From positions 312,027 to 376,026 of the forward strand of contig JBMNIW010000008.1 in the NCBI GenBank assembly GCA_050951325.1: a DNA stretch of 64,000 bases, in the 5' to 3' direction. This document shows, piece after piece, positions 39,588 to 49,785 of the stretch. The notes under the pieces were generated by a model, which saw nothing but the letters and a program-made list of their open reading frames with translations, had not been told where the DNA came from and made no database searches. Each line of letters starts with the position of its first letter. Position 1 is the first letter of the stretch. This stretch comes from Clostridia bacterium. Lineage in GTDB: Bacteria; Bacillota; Clostridia; UBA1212; DUPL01. The position numbers and the translations under genes are program-made.

Positions 39588-41033
39588 TCAAACCCTTCTC
39601 CAAGTATTGGGTGTGAACAGCAGAATTATCGGGAACAGCTCAAGCCTGCCAACCAGCATATCTACCATAAGAACAAATTTAGACAAAGATGAAAATATTG
39701 AAAAATTGCCAGAAGGCCCTGCAGCACCAAAACCAGGCCCAACATTGCTCAAGCACGTTAGAACCGAACCTAACGTAGTATCTGCAGATTTGGCATCCAG
39801 GGATATTATCATTGTGCTTGCTGCAAATATTAATACATAGATTGAAAAGTATGCCGCTATCCCACTCAGCAGGGTGTCCTGCTGAACTTTGCTATCCACT
39901 TTCAATTGTACAACACTTCTAGGATTTATTAATTTCTTGATCTCTACAAAGCCCATTTTAATGAAAATCAGGAAACGCCTTATTTTAATCCCTCCTGCGG
40001 TTGATCCCGCACAGCCCCCAGTCAACATTAGGATGATTATCAAAAACTGCGAGAAGAACGGCCACTGTGTAAAGTCTGCGGTTGCAAAACCTGAAGTTGA
40101 CACAATCGACGTAACCTGAAAGGAGGCGTATCGAAACGCAGTAAGTATGTTTCCATCATATAGCGATCTAATGTTTAATGATACAGCCAAAATCGATATC
40201 AGTATCAAACCAAGATAAAATTTCAATTCCTCATCTTTTAATATTGTCACAACCCTGCCAATTATCATAAAGTAGAAGAGATTAAAGTTGATACCAAAAA
40301 GGACCATAAAAATACTGACTACATAATCGATATAAGCAGAATCATAAAATGCGATGCTGCTGTTTTTAATACTAAATCCTCCCGTTCCTGCCGTTGCTAT
40401 TGCATGCACAATACTATCAAAAACAGGCATGCCTCCCAGCAATAAAAAGACAAATAATAGTACAGTCATAACAATATAAATCACATAAAGTATCCTTGCC
40501 GTCACTTTTATCTTTGAAACCAACTTTCCAACAACAGGACCTGGCACTTCGGCTCTCATCACATACATGTATCTTGTATCAGATGATGGCAGGAATGCCA
40601 AAACAAACACAAGCACTCCCATTCCACCAATCCAGTTTGTAAAACTCCTCCAGAAGAGGGTGCTGTGTGATAGCGCTTCGATATCTGTAAGTATGCTTGC
40701 TCCCGTGGTTGTGAAACCGGATACTGTTTCAAACAGGGCATCAATAAAATTTGGGATTTCACCACTTAAAACATAAGGTAGTGATCCGAATAATGACAAG
40801 ACAATCCATGATAATGAAACTATTATGAATCCTTCCCTTGCCAGCAACTGATTGTTTTCAGGTTTTCTGAAAGATAGGGCAAAACCAATTGCGAATAGCA
40901 GAACAGCGGGAATTAAAAATGCCAGCAGTTCATTATCCTTGTAAATAACAGAGACCAAGGCAGGCAGCATCATAAGTGCCGCTTCGACCTTCATAATCAC
41001 TCCAAGTACGTAAAAAACCATCTTTAAGTTCAT
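39588..41033 (-). CDS. trkH: Trk potassium uptake membrane subunit
   Basis: SGFTTTG, TAGTGGFS, STSGF, GSTAGGIK, NVGPG, GRLE. Confidence 0.95.
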   Translation of the reverse strand: MNLKMVFYVLGVIMKVEAALMMLPALVSVIYKDNELLAFLIPAVLLFAIGFALSFRKPENNQLLAREGFIIVSLSWIVLSLFGSLPYVLSGEIPNFIDALFETVSGFTTTGASILTDIEALSHSTLFWRSFTNWIGGMGVLVFVLAFLPSSDTRYMYVMRAEVPGPVVGKLVSKIKVTARILYVIYIVMTVLLFVFLLLGGMPVFDSIVHAIATAGTGGFSIKNSSIAFYDSAYIDYVVSIFMVLFGINFNLFYFMIIGRVVTILKDEELKFYLGLILISILAVSLNIRSLYDGNILTAFRYASFQVTSIVSTSGFATADFTQWPFFSQFLIIILMLTGGCAGSTAGGIKIRRFLIFIKMGFVEIKKLINPRSVVQLKVDSKVQQDTLLSGIAAYFSIYVLIFAASTMIISLDAKSADTTLGSVLTCLSNVGPGFGAAGPSGNFSIFSSLSKFVLMVDMLVGRLELFPIILLFTPNTWRRV

Positions 41034-42385
41034 GGCAAAATATCCTCTAGATCATTTAATATAAGGTTCTTGGCAACAACAATCACAATATCATCCTGCT
41101 CAATGCAATCATTACCACTTGGTATGATTACCTTGTTTCCTCTTATTATCGAAGCAATAAGCAAGTCTCTTTTTAAATTTAACTCTTTAAAAGAAACACC
41201 CAGAAAATTACACTTGTCCGTAGCTAAAAACTCGACTGCTTCAACTTCACCATTTACTATTTTATACAAGGTTCTTACATTGTGGCCTTGTGCGTTCTGT
41301 TTTGCACGAACATATTGAAGCACATAGTTGGCACTTATTGCACTGGGGCTCATGACACTATCAATATTCAGAGTTCTTGCCATGTCCAACAGGTTCGTCT
41401 TGTGAACTTTTGAAATAACGGTAGGAATGCCGATTTGCTTTGCATACAAGGAAACAATTATATTCTCCTCATCTATTCCCGTCAAAGCTACAAAAGCATC
41501 CACCTCTTCAAGTCCTTCCTCGATAAGCAGGTTTTGATCCGTCCCATCACCACAAACGACATGTACTTTAGGTAAAACCTCATCCAGTTCCATACTTCTT
41601 AGTTCACTATTCTCAATCAGCTTAACATTAATTTTGCTCTCGACAAGCTGCTTTGCCAGATAGTAAGCAATCCTGCTACCTCCAACTATAATAACGCACT
41701 TTGCTCTCTGCTTGTAAACTCCAATTGCTTTAAAAAAAGCTGACATCTCGGAATGGGATGCGGTTATATGAACAATATCTCCTTCCCTGATTATGAAGTC
41801 ACCAGTAGGTATGAAGACCTCATCTTTTCTATACACGGCACAAATCAACACTCTTACACCAAAGGTCTTTGATAACGAGCTTAGAGTTTTGTCAACAAGA
41901 GGGTTTGACCTTTCAATTTTTATCTCGGCAAGTTCCACTCTGCCTTTTCCAAAGGTCTCTATTTTCGCAGCCGAGGGCGTTCTGATTATCCTGGATATTT
42001 CATTTGCGGTTTCAAGTTCCGGGTTTATCATAAGACCTATACCCAACTCATTTCTCATAAAAGAGCTTTGCATTGCATATTCAGGGTTTCTAACCCTGGC
42101 AATCGTATTTATAGCCCCCATTTTCTTTGCTATCATGCAATTGAGAATATTAAGCTCATCCGAATGCGTTGTTGATATGAATATTTGGGCCTTTTCTATA
42201 CCAGCCTCTTTCAATATATTGCACGAGACTCCATTACCACCTATGCCAAACACATCATAAACGTTGACCACATTATCAACAACTTTTGGATCAATATCTA
42301 TGCACGTTATATTATGTCCTTCCTTAACCAAATGGTCCACCAAAGTAAGACCCATCTTGCCAATTCCTGCAATAACAATGTTCAA
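41030..42385 (-). CDS. trkA: Trk potassium uptake regulatory subunit (two RCK pairs)
   Basis: IAGIGKMG and IVGGSRIA Rossmann motifs; TTG start inferred. Confidence 0.93.
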   Translation of the reverse strand: MNIVIAGIGKMGLTLVDHLVKEGHNITCIDIDPKVVDNVVNVYDVFGIGGNGVSCNILKEAGIEKAQIFISTTHSDELNILNCMIAKKMGAINTIARVRNPEYAMQSSFMRNELGIGLMINPELETANEISRIIRTPSAAKIETFGKGRVELAEIKIERSNPLVDKTLSSLSKTFGVRVLICAVYRKDEVFIPTGDFIIREGDIVHITASHSEMSAFFKAIGVYKQRAKCVIIVGGSRIAYYLAKQLVESKINVKLIENSELRSMELDEVLPKVHVVCGDGTDQNLLIEEGLEEVDAFVALTGIDEENIIVSLYAKQIGIPTVISKVHKTNLLDMARTLNIDSVMSPSAISANYVLQYVRAKQNAQGHNVRTLYKIVNGEVEAVEFLATDKCNFLGVSFKELNLKRDLLIASIIRGNKVIIPSGNDCIEQDDIVIVVAKNLILNDLEDILP

Positions 42386-42553
42386 AACAAAAACCCCCAA
42401 AAACGTTTACATGGAAATTATACTCTTTTAGCCATAACCAGTAAAGTGCTACATGACCTTGAGCCCCCTGTCTTTTCAATTATTTGTATTTTATCACATA
42501 AAGTTATACAATATCTTATGTTAAATCAAATAAAAATATTTAAGGTGAAAGAT

Positions 42554-43237
42554 ATGAATCACATATTCGTAGGACATTATGGAAGCGGAAAAACGGAAGT
42601 ATCGATAAATTTTGCACTAAATTTGAAAAAGGAGAATCCTGACAAGGATATTGCAATTATAGACCTGGATATAGTCAATCCATACTACAGAACCGCCGAT
42701 GCAAAGGAAGATCTCAAAAAGGCGGGCATTCATGTGGAAGTACCTTTGTTTGCAAACACCAACGTGGACGTGCCTGCCCTCACCGCAGCCATGGGCGCCC
42801 TGATGGAAAACAAGGACAAACTCGTTGTAGTGGATGTGGGCGGGGATGACCTGGGTGCAAAGGCAGTGGCAAGATATGCCGAAGAGATAAACAAGGGCGG
42901 CTATGTTATGTACTTTGTCCTAAATCCCAACCGTCCCTTTACAAGCACTTTGGAACAGGCTGTAAAAATGTATGATGAGATAGAATCAAGCACCACCCTG
43001 AAAATAACGGGGCTGGTGAACAACTCAAATCTTTTGCAGTATACGGACAAAGATGTGTTCCTTGAAGGAATGGAAAAGGTTCTGGAACTGTCCCGCGTGA
43101 AAAAGGTACCCGTGTTGTTGAATACGGTCTTTGAAAAAACAGCCCATTCCCTTAAAGAGGGAGATATTAAAGAAGGCAGGGTTCTTGTGATGAAAGAACA
43201 CGTCCGCCTTCTTTGGTCAAGAGAGGATAATTTCTAA
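42554..43237 (+). CDS. P-loop NTPase (MinD/CobQ-like ATP-binding protein)
   Basis: GHYGSGKT, DLDIVNPYYR, DVGGD. Confidence 0.85.
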   Translation: MNHIFVGHYGSGKTEVSINFALNLKKENPDKDIAIIDLDIVNPYYRTADAKEDLKKAGIHVEVPLFANTNVDVPALTAAMGALMENKDKLVVVDVGGDDLGAKAVARYAEEINKGGYVMYFVLNPNRPFTSTLEQAVKMYDEIESSTTLKITGLVNNSNLLQYTDKDVFLEGMEKVLELSRVKKVPVLLNTVFEKTAHSLKEGDIKEGRVLVMKEHVRLLWSREDNF

Positions 43238-44256
43238 AACATTTTCTTTTTGAAAACAAACTCTCTTTGCAGTATGTAGCTTGCAAAAAACAACGGAAGA
43301 TCGATCATTATCTTTGACAGAATTTCTGGAATGCCCAGGCTTGCAAACAGGTTTGTTCCACCTGCTCCTGCAATCATGATGAAAAACGCCACAAGATAGT
43401 ATTTGAGAATAACTTTCTTGTCCTGGTTCTTGAAAACAAATCGGGCATTCATTGCAAAATTGAATATGGATGATATTATCCTTGCAAAAACATAGCACAA
43501 AGGAATCCATATTCCTAACAAGGAAAACACTTTGAACAGCGCATAGTCGATAATTAGCGACAATATTGCCACAAGAAGGAAACTCACTATCTGCTTGAAT
43601 ATCCTCCATGCATCCCTGAAGGTGTTGAAATGCGACCCTGCATTATTGTCATAATATATCGTGCTGATGGGTATTTCAAGAAATGGAACGGACCACTCCT
43701 TGAGGTAAAGAAGCATGTTCATCTCATACTCAAACCTCTCCCCCTTCAGTTCCACAAGTTTTGGGATTAGGAACCTGGGCAGACCTCTTAATCCTGTCTG
43801 CGTATCCTTTATGGGAAGACCGGTTGCAAGTCTGAAAACCCACCTGGTTACAGTATTTCCCAGCACGGATCTTCTGGGAACCTTGTCCCCTTTTCCGCTA
43901 AACCTTCCTCCAAGAATAATGGTATTTGGGTTTTCCCTGCCGGAATCTATAACCTTTTGAATATCTTGCGGAGTATGCTGTCCATCGCAGTCAGCAGTTA
44001 CAACAAAATCCACATCGGGCATGTTGTCTAAAACATACTTCAACCCTGTTTTCAAGGCTCTTCCTTTTCCCTTGTTTTCCTCATGAAATAAAACAACAGC
44101 TCCCAACCTGGAAGCTGTTTCAAAATACCTGTCGTATTCTTCTCCACTTCCGTCATTTACTACTACAACTTTGTGATTCAATTTGAAAAGTTCATGCAAA
44201 AACACAACAAACTTTTCACCAGGTTTGTAAGCTGGAATTAAAACTACACTTTTCAT
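43234..44256 (-). CDS. Bifunctional GT2 glycosyltransferase / GtrA protein
   Basis: LIPAYKP, VNDGS, DCDGQH, DTQTGLR, plus a C-terminal 4-TM GtrA domain. Confidence 0.9.
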   Translation of the reverse strand: MKSVVLIPAYKPGEKFVVFLHELFKLNHKVVVVNDGSGEEYDRYFETASRLGAVVLFHEENKGKGRALKTGLKYVLDNMPDVDFVVTADCDGQHTPQDIQKVIDSGRENPNTIILGGRFSGKGDKVPRRSVLGNTVTRWVFRLATGLPIKDTQTGLRGLPRFLIPKLVELKGERFEYEMNMLLYLKEWSVPFLEIPISTIYYDNNAGSHFNTFRDAWRIFKQIVSFLLVAILSLIIDYALFKVFSLLGIWIPLCYVFARIISSIFNFAMNARFVFKNQDKKVILKYYLVAFFIMIAGAGGTNLFASLGIPEILSKIMIDLPLFFASYILQREFVFKKKMF

Positions 44257-44387
44257 CTAAAAGCTCACCTTTTTCTTATTGAGCTCTCTGCCACGTTTAG
44301 TAGAAGATGAGACACACCTACATTATATTTCATTTCAAAGAAAATTACCAGACTCTTTCACAAATGTGAAGCTTTTCTAACCCTTTC

Positions 44388-45152
44388 TTACAATACAAGC
44401 CCCAGATACCAGTCTACAATGTACTTTCCCACAAATATTGAAACAGTCATTCCTACAGCCAGAAAAGGACCCAAAGGAATCTTTCTCTTTAGGTTCTCTC
44501 TTTTTCCTTTTGAAACAACTATGCCAAAAATCGAAGCCAGCACCGCACCAATAAAAAATCCAACAACACTAAGCTTGTATCCCAGCACAAATCCCGAAAC
44601 GGCCATAAGCTTTATATCTCCTCCTCCAATACCTCCTTTGGAAAGAACTGAGGCCAAAAAAAGTATGAAGCTGACTGAAAAGAACCCAATAATTCTCTCC
44701 AAAAGCGGCATGTCGGATACAAAGGCCAGCACAATTCCAATAATCAAGATGACAATATGTATGGAATCCGGTATTGTCATTGTATCGATATCTATAAATG
44801 TCATGACAATGAGAGCTCCAAGAAACAGGGACATTAGAATCGTCTCGACAGTGTATTTGAACTTCAACGCGCACAATACAAACAGAATTCCTGTAAGGAA
44901 CTCAACCAAAGCATAGCGTATGGAAAAAGGAGCCTTGCAGGATCTGCACCTTCCTCGTAGAACAAAATAGCTGATTATGGGAACAAGATCCCTCTTCGTT
45001 ATCTTTTCCCCACAAGTGGTGCAATGAGAAGCTCCTTTGACAATGGATTCCTTATTGGGAATCCTGTAAATACATACATTCAGGAAGCTGCCAATCACAG
45101 CACCCACGACAAACCAATAGGCAAGGCAAATTGCATGAAAAGCAAAAGGCAT
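44388..45152 (-). CDS. pilD: Prepilin peptidase (A24)
   Basis: GSFLNVCIYRIP, two CxxC pairs, FIDID, GGGDIKL, PLGPFL. Confidence 0.93.
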   Translation of the reverse strand: MPFAFHAICLAYWFVVGAVIGSFLNVCIYRIPNKESIVKGASHCTTCGEKITKRDLVPIISYFVLRGRCRSCKAPFSIRYALVEFLTGILFVLCALKFKYTVETILMSLFLGALIVMTFIDIDTMTIPDSIHIVILIIGIVLAFVSDMPLLERIIGFFSVSFILFLASVLSKGGIGGGDIKLMAVSGFVLGYKLSVVGFFIGAVLASIFGIVVSKGKRENLKRKIPLGPFLAVGMTVSIFVGKYIVDWYLGLVL

Positions 45153-45413
45153 GAAAGATAGGTCCAGTGTGCATCTCCTCCAACAAATTGATTAATAACA
45201 AGTGTATTATACACCACTGTGTTGATTTTACCAACGCAAAAAAATATGAGAAAGAAAGAGGCTGTTCATCGTTCAGCGATACATCCCTAAAAAAAATAGC
45301 AGATATCACACTGCATTATTTAAAATAATTGTTGACATTCTGCTGTTTTAATGTTAAAAATACTATATTTTAGTAAAAATATATTAGATTATACTAATGA
45401 AAGGGATGTTCAC

Positions 45414-46304
45414 ATGTCGAAAGGAAAACTTGTATTACTACTTTGTTTGGTAGTATCTTTTGCTCTAATAGCAGTAGCATGCAATGATGCACAAGAGCCG
45501 GATCCAACCAAAAAACCTGAAACAACTGAAGCGCCTTCTGAAGGAACGCCAACAGCGGAACCAACTGCAACACCTGAGCCTACAGAAACTCCAGAACCAA
45601 CGCCAACACCAATAGCAGGCAAATTGTACGAGGATGCAGAAATACTGTTTGAGGACAATTTTGATGACAATACATATGCAGCAGATTTCCTCAGCACATT
45701 TACCGGAGATTTGGATATTTTCTCCGATGGAATGCTTAAGTGTTATCGTCCTGCCGAGCTTTTCAACTACAGTCCAATGGAACTGGATTACGATTCCTAC
45801 TTCCAGTATGAATTCTGGGCTGATGTATCCGCTTGGAATGAAACAAACGAAGCAAAGCCAGGTACAGGCTCCTGGATGGGTGTAATGCTTGGTGTACGTG
45901 TCAACAATCCATCACTAAACCCAACTTCTGATGATGGATATTGGGTCTCATTCTCTCAAGGAGACAAGGTTTTGGTTTATCCTACCGGCAGTGCTTCCAA
46001 AGGTATCTGGCCTGCTGGCAAATTCTCGGTTGATGTGGGTGTATGCTTCAACGAACCACATACAATAGCTTGTGTTGATACAGGCAAACAGGCATTCTTC
46101 TATGTTGTTGACAAGGATGGAAATGAAAAGCTTTTTCTCCGTGCTGATTTTGATGACGATGGCATGGTAAGAAGTTATGATGCGGAAGGCAATCTGCTGG
46201 ATGAATCACAGGACTACAGTGCTAACAACATGTCAAATCACTTTGTTCTATTCAATCACATTTCACAGGCTACTGTTGATAATGTATATGTAAAAGCAAA
46301 ATAA
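45414..46304 (+). CDS. Lipoprotein with PT-rich linker and beta-sandwich-like domain
   Basis: AVAC lipobox; PTAEPTATPEPTETPEPTPTP; LFEDNFDD..VDNVYV. Confidence 0.78.
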   Translation: MSKGKLVLLLCLVVSFALIAVACNDAQEPDPTKKPETTEAPSEGTPTAEPTATPEPTETPEPTPTPIAGKLYEDAEILFEDNFDDNTYAADFLSTFTGDLDIFSDGMLKCYRPAELFNYSPMELDYDSYFQYEFWADVSAWNETNEAKPGTGSWMGVMLGVRVNNPSLNPTSDDGYWVSFSQGDKVLVYPTGSASKGIWPAGKFSVDVGVCFNEPHTIACVDTGKQAFFYVVDKDGNEKLFLRADFDDDGMVRSYDAEGNLLDESQDYSANNMSNHFVLFNHISQATVDNVYVKAK

Positions 46305-46431
46305 TTAAAGAGATAGGGGCTGTCGCACTAAGCGTCAGCTCCTTTCTTTTTTATGCAATTGCATAAAAATGCTGTGTGTGGTATACTCAAAAATGCAGTT
46401 TTATGCACTAATACAACAACGGGAGACATTT

Positions 46432-47277
46432 ATGATAAAAGTACAAAACACTACTGAGAAATATGATATTGAACCAAAAAGAATTATTGAAAGCTCATTT
46501 GAGAGCGCATATACAAAGACTGCCGTAACGGTACATGTAACACCACCGGATACAATAGTAACGATTTTCAGTGTCATTAGTATGATATTGCTGGCAGGAA
46601 TGTTTTTTTTGACAGCAAAATACGATAGCTCGGCAGACAGAAATCCTGCACTGTGGTATACCCTTGCCTCTCTGTGTGCGGGTATCATAGCTTACATTAT
46701 TTCAAAACATATGAAAAGCGAAAAACTATACAAACAACACATGAGCGGTTCTAAAACACAAGAAAAAGACAAAAAGAAAGAAGCCTTCTTCGAAATGCTT
46801 GAGTATCACAGTCTTCCTGAAAAAATACATGCTCTTGAATTGGCAAGAAAGGTGTCAGGTCTCATGAGCAGGCAGACGGATTTCACCTACCTTACAGCAC
46901 TACGCCAGATTAACGACAAACTGTCAAATGTAAACAATCCTGACAACATTCTGTGCAAAATGATATCAACAATCCCAGGTGTTTTTCCACAGCCAAAGAG
47001 AAGATTCTATCTGAAGGAAGAGGACGGTCAGATTGTCTTCTATGATGCGGATTTTGAAGATCCTTTCGGAGAAATCATTTGCCACAAGGACGATGTGGTT
47101 TCCTTTGGAGAATATGTCAATTACTCAAAAAGAGTTCCAAATCCCGGTGGCGGAAAAATAAGGCCTGAATCCATAATTGTAGAACTCAAGGACGATAATT
47201 ACAATCTGTTTTTTGAATTTAAGAATCATGAATATGAAGATATAAGGAAGATCTTTGGAGGCAAGAAAGCTATTTAG
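46432..47277 (+). CDS. Hypothetical membrane protein (2 TM)
   Basis: GGGAG RBS, two hydrophobic segments. Confidence 0.7.
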   Translation: MIKVQNTTEKYDIEPKRIIESSFESAYTKTAVTVHVTPPDTIVTIFSVISMILLAGMFFLTAKYDSSADRNPALWYTLASLCAGIIAYIISKHMKSEKLYKQHMSGSKTQEKDKKKEAFFEMLEYHSLPEKIHALELARKVSGLMSRQTDFTYLTALRQINDKLSNVNNPDNILCKMISTIPGVFPQPKRRFYLKEEDGQIVFYDADFEDPFGEIICHKDDVVSFGEYVNYSKRVPNPGGGKIRPESIIVELKDDNYNLFFEFKNHEYEDIRKIFGGKKAI

Positions 47278-47279
47278 GA

Positions 47280-48056
47280 TTATACTATACTGTCAATTAC
47301 AATATATTTCTTGCCATCAACTTCAATAACATCGCTCTTGACAGAGTATACTTTCTCGAGGTTTTCACTATTGAAAACCTCTTTTGCTTCTCCTCTTGCC
47401 ACAATGTTGCCATTACTCATAAGGTAAAGGTAATCTGCATATCTGGCAGCTGTATTTAAATCATGCATGACGCATATTACAGTTCTCCTCTTCTCCCTTA
47501 CAATGTTCCTTAATATGTCCATTACATTTATCTCATGATAAATATCAAGGCTGGATGCAGGCTCGTCAAGAACCATGATGGGCGTATCCTGGCACAAAGC
47601 TCTTGCAATCAGGACTCTTTGTCTTTCACCGCCACTAATCTCCTTGATGTTCTTATCCATGAGATGAAGGACATTGGTCATTGCCATGCACTCTTCAGCT
47701 ATTCTAACATCCTCAAGACTTTCATTCTCAAAAAACCTTAAATACGGGCTCCTTCCCATAAGAACTATTTCTCTGGCGGTGAATTCAAAATCAATTACAG
47801 TATTCTGTGGGACATAGGAAATCAATCTGGCTCTCTCCCTGCTTGTCATCTTCTTTACATCCTGTCCTTTAAGACGAATGATACCTGAGTACCAGGCCAG
47901 ATTTGACATTATACAGTTGAGTAGTGTTGTTTTGCCCGAGCCATTAGGCCCAAGGATTACATAGAGCTTACCTTCCTCAAAATCAGCATCTATGTTTTTC
48001 AAAACCTCGTATTCTCCATAAGAAAAGGAAACATTGGCAACACTTAGTATGGACAT
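47280..48056 (-). CDS. Iron-siderophore/cobalamin ABC transporter ATPase
   Basis: GPNGSGKT, ISGGERQR, LDEP, HDLN. Confidence 0.92.
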   Translation of the reverse strand: MSILSVANVSFSYGEYEVLKNIDADFEEGKLYVILGPNGSGKTTLLNCIMSNLAWYSGIIRLKGQDVKKMTSRERARLISYVPQNTVIDFEFTAREIVLMGRSPYLRFFENESLEDVRIAEECMAMTNVLHLMDKNIKEISGGERQRVLIARALCQDTPIMVLDEPASSLDIYHEINVMDILRNIVREKRRTVICVMHDLNTAARYADYLYLMSNGNIVARGEAKEVFNSENLEKVYSVKSDVIEVDGKKYIVIDSIV

Positions 48057-48068
48057 ACAATCCTCCAC

Positions 48069-49133
48069 TCAAACATTTCTTTTTTTCTTTATAAGCAGCC
48101 ATATGAAGAAAGGCGCCCCAAAAGCTGAAGTTATTGCACCAACAGGCATCTCGCTGGAAAATCCCCTCAACCAGTTTAAAAGGTTTCTAGCAACCAGATC
48201 GCACAGAACCAGAAACAAAGACCCAAACAAGGCAGAAAACGGAAGCAGTACCCTGTGGTCCGGCCTATATAGTATTCGCGTAATATGAGGTATGACAAGT
48301 CCTACAAAACCCACAACACCGCAGGAAGACACGCAAACCGCCACTATAAGTGCGGTAACTACAAGCATCATGGTCTTGTTTCTTTCCACATCCACACCCA
48401 GTGATTTTGCCGTAGGCTCGTCCACGGAAAGAATGTTAAGATTCTTGGCATTAAAGATGATAATTATTGAGCATACCACAACTACTGGAACGGTAATGGC
48501 TACACTGGTCCAGGATGAGTTTGAGAAACTTCCCATGTTCCAAAGTACCACTCTGTCCGCCATTTCCCTATTGAACATTAGTAGAAAATTAATTCCTGCA
48601 GACATTAGAAAATGAAAAGCCACACCTGTCAGCAAAAGCGTTGCCGCAGGAAGCCTTCCACCTGTTCTGCTTATCATGTATACAAGAATTGTAGTAAGAA
48701 CGCTTCCAATGAATGCAAATATGTAAACACTGCCTAAAACACCTATGCGCAAGCCACTGAAAAATACAATGGCAATGGAAGCAAAAAAGGCAGCCCCTGA
48801 AGAAATTCCGAGAACGTAAGGGTCCGCCATCTGGTTTTTGAACATACCCTGATACACAGCACCGGATAAAGAAAGACCCATGCCTACAAACACCGCCATT
48901 ACAATCCTGGGAGCACGAATATTAAGAATGATTGCCTTTGCGGAAGACGGAATATTGTCTACATTCACATTCTTTCCTATAACCGGTATCTTTGATGCAA
49001 GAATCCTTACAGTATCAACGGCATCAATTTTGGCTATGCCAATTGTTATTGAAAGTATGCAGACAAAAACAAGTACTGCGAATATTACCAGCTTGTGTAT
49101 AAAGTACTTTTTCTTAAGGTCTGTGTACAGCAT
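48069..49133 (-). CDS. FecCD/BtuC family ABC permease
   Basis: IRAPRI, ADPYVLGISSGA, AKSLGVD, GFVGLVIPH, GAPFFIWLL. Confidence 0.92.
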   Translation of the reverse strand: MLYTDLKKKYFIHKLVIFAVLVFVCILSITIGIAKIDAVDTVRILASKIPVIGKNVNVDNIPSSAKAIILNIRAPRIVMAVFVGMGLSLSGAVYQGMFKNQMADPYVLGISSGAAFFASIAIVFFSGLRIGVLGSVYIFAFIGSVLTTILVYMISRTGGRLPAATLLLTGVAFHFLMSAGINFLLMFNREMADRVVLWNMGSFSNSSWTSVAITVPVVVVCSIIIIFNAKNLNILSVDEPTAKSLGVDVERNKTMMLVVTALIVAVCVSSCGVVGFVGLVIPHITRILYRPDHRVLLPFSALFGSLFLVLCDLVARNLLNWLRGFSSEMPVGAITSAFGAPFFIWLLIKKKRNV

Positions 49134-49197
49134 GTTCTAGTCCTTCTAAATATATTTTCAACGCAAAGTACATTATACACAAACTTCATTTTCTTGT

Positions 49198-49662
49198 CTA
49201 TTTTCTTTCCTTTGGCTTGAATCTTCCAAGTTTCAGAGTAAGATTTATGCCGGCAATTCCACCTATGGAACCTAAAAGAGCTCCGCAAAGAATCAGTGTA
49301 AGAATATCCTTGTCAACATATATGCGGCTTTCAAGAACCCACCTGACTATTGTAATGACAAAAGCATAAATCAAACCAACAAGCGTGCCGTTAAACCAGC
49401 CGCTGTTTTTTGAACCTGCCGTAGCCATGAAGGCTGATGCCACAACGGACAGTATCATGGTGGCAAAAACAGCAGGAGGAATAAATTGCTCTGGGAAATC
49501 CGTCAGCGAAACAGCCAGTGAAAGTATTAAAAACACAGGTATTGTAAACACAAAGGAAGTCAAAACACCGCAGACAAGATAATACCAGCGGGTATGTCCT
49601 CCCAAAACACTTCTTCTATATCTTCTGACATTGGTCCTTGACATGCAAACCACCTTGTTCAT
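49198..49662 (-). CDS. 4-TM membrane protein (TIGR04086-like)
   Basis: GWFNGTLVGLIY..GSIGGIAGIN pattern. Confidence 0.65.
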   Translation of the reverse strand: MNKVVCMSRTNVRRYRRSVLGGHTRWYYLVCGVLTSFVFTIPVFLILSLAVSLTDFPEQFIPPAVFATMILSVVASAFMATAGSKNSGWFNGTLVGLIYAFVITIVRWVLESRIYVDKDILTLILCGALLGSIGGIAGINLTLKLGRFKPKERK

Positions 49663-49785
49663 TTAATCTTCTTACCAATTTATATGTCACACACAGATAA
49701 AATAGAATTAAATACAACCTTGAACATGCATTTCCCAGATGATATAATCATTAAGTAATGTTGAAGAACACAGGGGCTCTGGTAT

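Noticed and set aside
42400-42550. c-di-AMP (ydaO) riboswitch upstream of trkA
   Set aside because: The conserved ydaO motifs were not found in this short divergent intergenic region.
45525-45612. Short tandem repeats (CCAAC/GAACC units)
   Set aside because: These encode an ordinary Pro/Thr/Glu linker, as in the other lipoproteins.
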